A DNA stretch of 64,000 bases from Macrostomum lignano (lineage: Eukaryota), in NCBI GenBank assembly GCA_002269645.1, contig NIVC01001815.1:1-64000 (forward strand). Reading direction: 5' to 3'. The notes beneath the pieces were generated by a model. That model saw nothing but the letters and a program-made list of their open reading frames with translations. It had not been told where the DNA came from and did no database searches. Positions 51,106 through 61,534 of the stretch are shown one piece after another. Positions within the stretch are counted from its first letter, which is position 1. Every line of letters begins with the position of its first letter. A program made the translations under genes and the position numbers.

Positions 51106-51450
51106 GAGGGTCAACCCCCCCCCCCTCCCAGGGCACAGAGAGTGTACATGCTTGGCCGATGTGCACCCTGAGTGATCGTGTGTATGAGTGCGCGCCTGCG
51201 TTCAGTATTGGCGCGCTTGTCTACAGCGCTGGTTGTGTGACGATGTCGCAGAAGGACTGTTCGCAGGCACGCACTCGTACACGCGCTCACTCAGGGTGTG
51301 CATCGGCTAAGCATGTACACTTCACTGTGCCTTGGGAGTTGACCCTCAAGACCGTTAATTGCACGAGCAGAGCCAAGCCGAGATTCCAATTTAGCCCCAA
51401 AATTAATGTGACTGCACTAGGAATCGAACCTGGGCCGCTGGCGCCGCGCT
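51106..51450. mobile_element. Two SINE pieces in inverted orientation (plus-strand body 51106-~51230; minus-strand head and body 51450-51262)
   Basis: B box GGTTCGATTCC on the minus strand near 51420; 51106-51200 is the reverse complement of 51262-51347. Confidence 0.82.
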
Positions 51451-52088
51451 GGACCATCCCCAATGGTAAGGTTAGAGTTCGTTGAACCAAAATAATGAAC
51501 GAAAGTTAAAAATAAAATTGAATCATAAGGTGACGTCATCTGTATTTGTTTCTATAAATAGATGGGTGTGCAAACTTTCGCGCATTTTAATTTCCTATTG
51601 GCTGGCCCTGGAGGCAGCGGGTTGATTTCAACTGTTATTGCACTTTGTTGATAAACAATCGCTACAGACTGCTGTTAGTAGACATGTTAGCTTTTTATGT
51701 AATATTTCTATCCAACTGTAGTACTTGGTTGTTTTGTTGCGGACAACTTCATTTTCACCGCTCCTTACTTAGTTGAATCGTTGAATTTTCTTTATTACGT
51801 AATAAGTTTGATTCTGTCGTGTTCCGCCTTTTGTTGATTCCCCAGACAGCCACCATTCGCAATAAAGCGCCCTTCTTAATCCATTTATTTAGATTTTGAA
51901 TCATTTTCGAAGTTCGAAATTATATTTAAATAAAATAATAATATTATTTTAAGATTATGCTTTTCCTTAATCAATTTGAATCACATTAAATAATGGCTTT
52001 GATTTATCTCAATGGTTTTTCGTGCATCCCAAATGCTGTGAAATGCGAACAATATGTTTAAATCAAAAACACTAACCTACGGTTCTAA

Positions 52089-52325
52089 ATCCCAATCCAG
52101 AATCCCAATCTAGAATCCCCATCCAGAATCCCCATCCAGAATCCCCATCCAGAATCCCCATCCAGAATCCCAATCCAGAATCCCCATCCAGAATCCCCAT
52201 CCAGAATCCCCATCCAGAATCCCCATCCAGAATCCCAATCCAGAATCCTAATCCAGAATCCCAATCCAGAATCCCAATCTACAATCCCAATTCAGAATCC
52301 CAATCCAGAATCCCAACCTAGCATC
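52089..52325. repeat. 13-bp minisatellite AGAATCCC(C/A)ATCC, ~18 copies
   Basis: Direct reading. Confidence 0.92.
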
Positions 52326-52645
52326 CCAAACCCAGAGCTAAAATTTAAACTCAGAATCTCAAATATATATTAAGACGCAACTCGCTGGCTCAGCCATGGA
52401 CGGCTAATTAACATGGATACTTGATAAGAAAATCGGCCAAAGAGATTCCAGAAGAATGAATACCAAAGGCACGGTAAGTTTTTGTAGCCCTCTATTTTAG
52501 TCTATGGCTAAAAGTGTCCCTGAGGAGCCAGAGCTCTCAATCTGCAGCCAGATGTGAATTAATCAGCGATTGGCAACGCAAAACGGCCGACAGGAACTCC
52601 CTCAGTGTGCAGCCATTTTTATTAGACTGAAACAGCTGAAGTGCC

Positions 52646-53104
52646 ATGGCAGCAATGTTCGAGCCGGACTACTGCGGCCCTGTCGACGACCTCCAGGAGC
52701 ATCGGCAGCAGCTGCAGTCGGACAGCGTCAACTGGAAGGACTGCATCCACCGGTGGAAGCGAAGCCGGGAGAAGTGGCGCAGGGAGGCGCTCAGCCTTCA
52801 GCAGCAGACTTTCGAGGCGGCGCGCAGCGCCAGCCACTGGCGGGAGCGTAGCGGCCTGACGCAGGCGGAGCTGCGCAAAGCGCGGGAGCAGCTGACTGAC
52901 TGGCATCGGGAGACGCAGCGCTGCAGAGAGGCGGCCAGGCAGTGGAAATGCGAAGCGGTCAGGTGGCGCGAGATGGCGAGAGCCTGGAAGCGGCAGTGCT
53001 GCGACCTGCTGGAGCAGAAGGACGATCAGCAGATTGCTCAGCTGAGCCAGGCTCGGCAGAGGCACTGCGCCGAGTTGCGGCAGCCATACGCATCGACCTG
53101 GTGA
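52646..53104 (+). CDS. Uncharacterised 152-aa coiled-coil protein with heptad-registered tryptophans
   Basis: GCCATGG start context; GC-rich, non-repetitive ORF; 8 of 9 Trp lie in one heptad register. Possible 5' UTR intron 52474-52625 (GTAAGT...TTTTATTAG). Confidence 0.7.
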   Translation: MAAMFEPDYCGPVDDLQEHRQQLQSDSVNWKDCIHRWKRSREKWRREALSLQQQTFEAARSASHWRERSGLTQAELRKAREQLTDWHRETQRCREAARQWKCEAVRWREMARAWKRQCCDLLEQKDDQQIAQLSQARQRHCAELRQPYASTW

Positions 53105-53381
53105 CCCGCGCAGGCGTTCGCCCGTTTTTTAAATCTCGTATAAAAATGCGTCTTTTGATCAGTTGGGTTTGAACAAATTTTTTTCACTGGTAATTTTGCA
53201 ACCGCAAATACACGACTACGGGAAGTGGACTGTTCATGGTCCAAGTTTTTTTTGCTTTTTTTCTCAATGCTCTGCGAGCTTTTGCTGATTAAACTTTGAC
53301 TTTAAAGTGCGAATTCAATTCTTCTTTTGCCAAATTTTGGCAGAAATTTGACAGAAATTTTTGTGTCGAACTAAAACCATC

Positions 53382-53905
53382 CTCACTTCCACCTCACTGC
53401 AATACCCACCTCACTCCTGCACCCACCTCACTCCTGCACCCACCTCACTCCTGCACCCACCTCACTCCTGCACCCACCTCACTTCTGCACCCACCTCACT
53501 TCTGCACCCACCTCACTCCTGCACCCACCTCACTCCTGCACCCACCTCACTCCTGCACCCACCTCACTCCTGCACCCACCTCACTTCTGCACCCACCTCA
53601 CTCCTGCACCCACCTCACTCCTGCACCCACCTCACTTCTGCACCCACCTCACTCCTGCACCCACCTCACTCCTGCACCCACCTCACTTCTGCACCCACCT
53701 CACTCCTGCACCCACCTCACTCCTGCACCCACCTCACTCCTGCACCCACCTCACTTCTGCACCCACCTCACTCCTGCACCCACCTCACTCCTGCACCCAC
53801 CTCACTCCTGCACCCTCCTCACTCCTGCACCCACCTCACTCCTGCACCCACCTCACTCCTGCACCCACCTCATTTCTGCACTCACCTCACTCCTGCACCC
53901 AACTC
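53382..53905. repeat. 17-bp minisatellite CACCCACCTCACT(C/T)CTG, ~30 copies
   Basis: Direct reading. Confidence 0.95.
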
Positions 53906-54825
53906 ACTCTGCAGCCTCCTCTTTACTGCACTCTTACTCACTCTCGAAGCACATTCATCAATCAAGCATTTCAACCAGCTTCTTTTTCACCGGTTCTATT
54001 GAATAAACACTTTTAGTGTACATTAAAGTACGTTGAAATATCAATTTAGGCTATTGCTTTTCCAGAGGAATCCAAAATGTTTAGATGAATTGTTGAAAGT
54101 CTTGAAGGTCTCAAGTGTACATAGGAACTGTGCTCGTACACAAGTCTGCCCTGTGGAGCCAAGCTGGCAGTCAAAACAAGTCGGCACAATGATCGCTTTT
54201 ATTTTTTGCCAGCTCAAAAAATCTCGACCATACTAGCTGGCTAGACAGTCCACCGACTTTGCTTCTTCAAGCACTCGCGCGCACCACCCACTGGGAGCAA
54301 TTGGCCAACCTTGGTGAAGCCTTCTCTCGGATCCTTTAACTGGAGAGCGCGGCGGCTCCGGCTCCCGGCTACCCGACACTCGAGAGCTCGCGATCCTCTG
54401 GGGGGGGGAGTGGAAGTATTTGTGAGGAAGGGGATCGAGGCCCGGGGTATGGGCCGCCGCAAACTCGAGTGGCTCAATTTGGGGCGTTGCTGCGCAGCCT
54501 CGCTCTCTCTCTTCTCCCCCATCTCCTAGCCGCCATTAGTGCCCGAATCGTCTCTTTCTCTAGAGATCTCTGCTCGTTCCTTCGAGACAGCTCAAGCAGA
54601 AGCAGCGGCAGCTGCAACCTTAGTCAGCAACAAACTGCAGCGAAGGCGCTGCTAATTCTGACCTGAACTTGACCGGGCATCGAGTGGGCAGCGTCTGAAT
54701 GAGCTGCAGCTCTGATTGCAACTGGCAGTCTGGCTTTTAGCAATATCGGCGCCATGACTGATTCTGTTTTATATTTTATTTCTAGTAGCTATGATGACAA
54801 AGTTGTGACGGCTGCTCCCGGTGTG

Positions 54826-55696
54826 GTGAGTGAGGTGGCTGTTAAGTGAGGTGGCTGTGAAGTGAGGTAGATATGAAATGATGTGGATATGGAGCGAGGT
54901 GGCTGTGGAGCGAGGTGGCTGTGGAGTGAGGTGGCTGTGGAGTGAGGTGGCTGTGGAGTGAGGTGGCTGTGGAGTGAGGTGCCTGTGGAGTGAGGTGGAT
55001 GCGGAATGAGGTGGATATGGAGCGAGGTGGCTGTGGAGTGAGGTGGGTGTGGAGTGAGGTGGCTGTTAAGTGAGGTGGATGTGGAATGAGTTGGATATGG
55101 AATGATGTGGATATGGAGCGAGGTGGCTGTGGAGTGAGGTGGGTGTGGAGTGAGGTGGCTGTGGAGCGAGGTGGCTATGGAGTGAGGTGGCTGTGGAGTG
55201 AGGTAGATATGGAATGATGTGGATATGGAGCGAGGTGGCTGTGGAGTGAGGTGGCTGTGGAGTGAGGTGGCTGTGGAGTGAGGTGGATATGGAATGATGT
55301 GGATATGGAGTGAGGTGGCTGTGTAGTGAGGTGGCTGTGGAGTGAGGTGGCTGTTAAGTGAGGTGGCTGTGAAGTGAGGTGGCTGTGGAGTGAGGTGGAT
55401 ATGAAGTGAGGTGGCTGTGGAGTGAGGTGGATATGAAGTGAGGTGGCTGTGGAGTGAGGTGGCTGTGGAGCGAGGTGGCTGTGGAGCGAGGTGGCTATGG
55501 AGTGAGGTGGCTGTGGAGTGAGGTAGATATGGAATGATGTGGATATGGAGTGAGGTGGCTGTGTAGTGAGGTGGCTGTGGAGTGAGGTGGCTGTTAAGTG
55601 AGGTGGCTGTGAAGTGAGGTGGCTGTGAAGTGAGGTGGCTGTGGAGTGAGGTGGATATGAAGTGAGGTGGCTGTGGAGTGAGGTGGCTGTTAAGTG
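54826..55696. repeat. 16-bp minisatellite GAGTGAGGTGGCTGTG with many variant units
   Basis: Direct reading. Confidence 0.92.
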
Positions 55697-56200
55697 AAGA
55701 CTCCTGTTTAATGAAGAGTAGGGCAACTATTACAAAGCCTATTTGTCCATTTTTCTCGGTATCGTCACTTCCTTGAGCAGGTCTCAGTGCATACTTGTTA
55801 TTCCGATTAGGTAAACTGCATGACCGGTAGCCCACTTCATACTTGGAACTGGTATACAAGTGAACAGAATGCATTGGATGCTCTTGGATAAATGGCCATG
55901 TCGAATCGATGGAAATTAATTTACTGTCTGGGATTTCTTGCCCAATTGGGTCTTAGGAGCTGCGAGCCGCGGAGGCAATCAGAGACTCAATTGTTGTCAA
56001 ATGCTCTCTGATGTGACACAACCTCTTCAATTTAATTCGACTCACTCGGGCAATACATTCCCCAACTCTGCTGATGATCATGGCCGGTTTGTTGACCCTG
56101 TTATTATGCCCTCTCGGACATTACTTGAGCGTCTTGCTTGCAGGTTGATAGATTGATAAAATAAAGGTGCTCGCCTAGACTTAAAGGTATAAACTTTTTT

Positions 56201-56586
56201 CTCAATGTCACTCCTTCACCAAAATCATCAATGTCACTCCCTCACTCGGGTCCTCAATGTCACTCCCTCACTCGGGTCCTCAATGTCACTCCCTCACTCG
56301 GGTCCTCAATTTCACTCCCTCACTCGGGTCCTCAATTTCACTCCCTCACTCTGGTCCTCAATTTCACTCCCTCGCCCAGATCCTCAATGTCACTCCCTCA
56401 CCCAGATCCTCAATGTCACTCCCTCACCCAGATCCTCAATGCCACTCCCTCACCCAGATCCTCAATGTCACTCCCTCAGCCAGATCCTCAATGTCACTCC
56501 CTCAGCCAGATCCTCAATGTCACTCCCTCACCCAGATCCTCAATGCCACTCCCTCACCCAGATCCTCAATGTCACTCCCTCAGCCA
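56201..56586. repeat. 26-bp minisatellite TCCTCAATGTCACTCCCTCA(CTCGGG/CCCAGA/GCCAGA), ~14 copies
   Basis: Direct reading. Confidence 0.92.
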
Positions 56587-57180
56587 ATGCACAATTCCCG
56601 GATCTGCAGCCGCCCCAGACCCATAATCAGTGACCGGTCAGATTCAAAGCAAATTCAAGGCACAAAATGATGCGCTTGAGTAGCGTCGAGTCTCCATAAT
56701 AGAATTAAAACTGAAGCAGCTTCGAATTCGTGGAAATGTAATTAAAAGTTAGCACGGAATTGTCCGAGTTCTACTCGGGTCACGGCAGGCGCGGCGCTCT
56801 AAAGGCATCGGGGTGGGTCTACCGCGATATCCGCTGGCAGGAATTTCTCCAGTCAGCTTTTTTCTTCTCAAAAAAGTCTCAAAAAGAAAAAAGAAAGTTT
56901 GATGAAAGGCTTGGGTGAGAGCAGCTGACTCTGATGCGGAACACGAGCGAGCATTGTCTTTTCGATAATGCTCATTTATCCCACGGGTTCCGCACCTGCC
57001 AGCCTGCGCATCTCCGATCTCCGCAGCATGAGTCATCAGCTGCTGTGCTCTGGCTCGCGAAAAAGGAGAGAGAGAGTGATCGGATTGCCGCTTTTACAAG
57101 GCTTCTCGGAGCAGGCGAAGCCAGCTATCATTACTCTGCTTGCCGTTCTCAGATCTGCATTCTGTCTCAAGTAAAAATAA

Positions 57181-57830
57181 TGGATTGCTAACCTAGCCAA
57201 CATCACGGATACAGGAATAGAATGGATTGCTAATCTAGCCGACATCACGGATACAGGAATAGAATGGATTGCTAACCTAGCCGACATCACGGATGCAGGA
57301 ATTAAATGGATTGCTAATCTAGCCAATATCACGGATGCAGGAATGGAATGGATTGCTATTCTAGCCGACATCACGGATACAGGAATAGAATGGATTGCTA
57401 ATCTAGCCGACATCACGGATACAGGAATAGAATGGATTGCTAATCTAGCCGACATCACGGATGCAGGAATGGAATGGATTGCTAACCTAGCCGACATCAC
57501 GGATGCAGGAATGGAATGGATTGCTAACCTAGCCGACATCACGGATGCAGGAATTAAATGGATTGCTATTCTAGCCAATATCACGGATGCAGGAATGGAA
57601 TGGATTGCTATTCTAGCCGACATCACGGATGCAGGAATAGAATGGATTGCTAATCTAGCCGACATCACGGATGCAGGAATAGAATGGATTGCTAATCTAG
57701 CCGACATCACGGATGCAGGAATTAAATGGATTGCTAATCTAGCCAACACCACGGATGCAGGAATAGAATGGATTGCTAATCTAGCCAACACCACGGATGC
57801 AGGAATAGAATGGATTGCTAATTTGGCTAG
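57181..57830. repeat. 42-bp minisatellite (GAATGGATTGCTAATCTAGCCGACATCACGGATGCAGGAATA), ~15 copies
   Basis: Direct reading; one frame stays open on each strand. Confidence 0.92.
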
Positions 57831-58216
57831 TCTAAAGAATATACAATCCATTTCGCAGGGTACGTGGGTTGATGACCAATTGAACTTTGGTTTTATTTAC
57901 CGGTATGGAAAAGATTTTCAAAAGTCACACTTTATATTTTCAAGACTTAAGAGAACAGTTATTGAGACTCAGCTTCTGTTCCATCAGTCACAAAAACAGC
58001 ATTTTCCTGTCCTATCGCTTCTTCTACAGAAATTTACACTATAGTGATGAATAGCTCAGAATTTTAAGGAGTTTTTAAGGAGGCATACAGGAAGTGAAGC
58101 GTTTGCGAATTGAAGAGGGGGTGAAGTGAAAATGGGAGATTGACAGGTCAGAGGAGTGAGTGGCGTGAGATATAAATTGAAGTGAGATTGTAAAACTGAG
58201 ACCCGGCTTTTAGCCA

Positions 58217-58333
58217 GTGACTGCCTCATTTAGTGAGTGACTGCCTCATTTAGTGAGTGACTGTCTCATTTAGTGAGTGACTGCCTCATTTAGTGAGTGA
58301 CTGTCTCATTTAGTGAGTGACTGCCTCATTTAG
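58217..58333. repeat. 20-bp repeat GTGAGTGACTG(C/T)CTCATTTA, ~6 copies
   Basis: Direct reading. Confidence 0.92.
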
Positions 58334-59628
58334 AATTTATGGCTTAATAAATTTATCATAATCTCATTAATAAGTTCTAAAATCATGAGTTCATGACTGA
58401 AACCGAGTCAATTAGTGAGTTTATCAGTTTACGGGAGAGCTGATTAATTAGACTGAGTTTCATTAGTTCATGAGTGAGGTCATAAATTAAAGAATTAAAA
58501 AAATAAATATTACAGTTTGATCGCAGGTGAGTTCACGAATGTGTGTGTGAGTCATTTTTCTATGAACTTGGACAAGTAAAACAAACAGATTCTCCCAGAT
58601 GCCTCACGCTTCATCAACACACGTCTCCAAACTGCTCGGCTGGAGTGCTTCTGCTTTGAGCACTGCTCATCTCAAAGGCAGCAAAGGCCCCATAGCCTGA
58701 GCGCGGGTTTCCTTTGATTTAGTCCCGCGCTGGGCCAAAAATATCATTAGCCTGCTCCCCCAGACAGTCTCAGCTTCATCATCAATTTTTGTGCAAGCGG
58801 GCGATCTTTAATCCTCAGCTCAAAATCCCCAGTTGCCCGCCCGGACCCTCTGCCATCTCAAGAATTTCCTGAATCATCTTCATCTTGAAAAAATCGGAGG
58901 AGGGGGACTTAAAAAAATGGCTTCCCCCACCCTCAGCGGGGGGTCTCGCGCACCTGGGGAAGCTGGGGCAGGGAAAACGCCAAGCCGATCGATCCGCCAT
59001 TTCTTCGCCAAAAATAATTTATTTGCCAATGGGTTCTGCTCAGTTAGAAAAAAGTGAGAATGAGAAGAAAGAGGAGGAGGAGAGGTAAAAAGTCCAAGCC
59101 CGGGCTACCAGCTGCCGCCCGCCTGAGGGTCACTTCGCGAGGGCCTGTCGGGGCTCCTGATCCAGCCTCTTAGATGAGGAAGAAGTGAGGACGGCAGCAG
59201 ATGGGGGTGCAAAGTGAGGAATTTGAAACAAGACAGGCTGGCCGCTTTGAGATCAAGAAAGAGTTGGCTGGTCCCGCGTCTCGTGCTCAGCTAGCTGCAT
59301 CAAGTTGCAGCAAGTGAGAGATGGCATGTGGATTCTGGGTGACCTGGCTCTCGGCTTCAGTCCAGCTTCATTTCTTGCCGGCAAAGTGCTAGTAGTTGCT
59401 CACTCACTCTCCAACTCACTTTCACTCACTTTCTCCAGCATTCACTGAATCTCTCACTCATTCACTTGTCGGGGCATCACAAACCCGAAATATCACAAAC
59501 CCAAATTATAACTCCAAAAGTGCTAGCAATGTCCAACGCTATTCTGGTTTTCGGGGGTTATGATATTTCGGGTTTATGATGGCGACCTATTCACTTATCT
59601 CTTATTCCCCAGGGACTTTTTTATATTA

Positions 59629-61130
59629 TCACCAATTCACTCACTCTCTCACCAATTCACTCACTCTCTCTCACCAATTCACTCACTCTCTCACCAATTC
59701 ACCCACTCTCTCACCAATTCACCCACTCTCTCACCAATTCACTCACTCTCTCACCAATTCACTCCCTCTCTCACCAATTCAACCACTCTCTCACCAATTC
59801 ACCCACTCTCTCACCAATTCACTCACTCTCTCACCAATTCACCCACTGTCTCACCAATTCACTCACTGTCTCAACAATTCACCCACTGTCTCACCAATTC
59901 ACCCACTGTCTCACCAATTCACCCACTCTCTCACCAATTCACCCACTGTCTCACCAATTCACCCACTGTCTCACCAATTCACTCACTGTCTCACCAATTC
60001 ACCCACTCTCTCACCAATTCACCCACTGTCTCACCAATTCACTCACTCTCTCACTAATTCACCCACTCTCTCACCAATTCACTCACTCTCTCACCAATTC
60101 ACTCACTCTCTCACCAATTCACTCCTCACTCTCTCACCAATTCACTCACTCTCTCACCAATTCATCCACTCTCTCACCAATTCACCCACTCTCTCACCAA
60201 TTCACTCACTGTCTCACCAATTCACCCACTGTCTCACCAATTCAACCACTCTCTCACCAATTCACCCACTCTCTCACCAATTCACTCACTCTCTCACCAA
60301 TTCACCCACTGTCTCACCAATTCACTCACTGTCTCAACAATTCACTCACTCTCTCACCAATTCACTCACTCTCTCACCAATTCACCCACTCTCTCACCAA
60401 TTCACTCACTCTCTCACCAATTCACCCACTCTCTCACCAATTCACTCACTCTCTCACCAATTCACTCCTCACTCTCTCACCAATTCACTCACTCTCTCAC
60501 CAATTCATCCACTCTCTCACCAATTCACCCACTCTCTCACCAATTCACTCACTCTCTCACCAATTCACTCCCTCTCTCACCAATTCAACCACTCTCTCAC
60601 CAATTCACCCACTCTCTCACCAATTCACTCACTCTCTCACCAATTCACCCACTGTCTCACCAATTCACTCACTGTCTCAACAATTCACCCACTGTCTCAC
60701 CAATTCACCCACTGTCTCACCAATTCACCCACTCTCTCACCAATTCACTCACTCTCTCACCAATTCACTCACTCTCTCACCAATTCACTCACTCTCTCAC
60801 CAATTCACCCACTCTCTCACCAATTCACTCACTCTCTCACCAATTCACTCACTCTCTCACCAATTCACCCACTCTCTCACCAATTCACTCACTCTCTCAC
60901 CAATTCACTCACTGTCTCACCAATTCACCCACTGTCTCACCAATTCACCCACTGTCTCACCAATTCACCCACTCTCTCACCAATTCACCCACTGTCTCAC
61001 CAATTCACCCACTGTCTCACCAATTCACTCACTGTCTCACCAGTTCACTCACTCTCTCACCAATTCACTCACTCTCTCACGAATTCACCCACTCTCTCAC
61101 CAATTCACTCTCTCTCTTACCAATTCAATT
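59629..61130. repeat. 20-bp minisatellite TCTCACCAATTCAC(T/C)CACT(C/G), ~74 copies, upstream of the protocadherin
   Basis: Direct reading. Confidence 0.95.
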
Positions 61131-61534
61131 ACCTTTTCTCTCCTTTTATCACTTTGTCATCTCGCTTCCCTATTAGTCCATTTTCCACCCACTTGTCAAA
61201 TGCGAAGCCCTCAGACAATTGTGAAACTGTAACAAAGGAGATCCACAGGGGATTTGTTTGCTTCCGGATTGACTACAAAACCAGAGGCCAAGCAAAGAAG
61301 GCAGCCAGAATAATAAGATATGAATCGCGGCAAGTCGAGCAGATCCTATTGGCCAATCTGTCAGCCAATCAGCGGCGTAGACATGTTTCTTTTAGAAGAA
61401 GTAGCTTGCAACGCGGTGAGAGGTGAATTAGCTGAGAGCCAGGCCAGCAGGGCATAAGAAAAAAGCAGATAACATACCAATGGCAACGCCACAGCTCGGC
61501 CTATTAAATTAGGATTATTTAACCGAAAGAAGAA

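Noticed and set aside
53296-61426. H/P/S/T-rich ORFs (53296-54006, 54789-55874, 56205-56670, 59576-61426)
   Set aside because: They coincide exactly with minisatellites and several frames are open at once.
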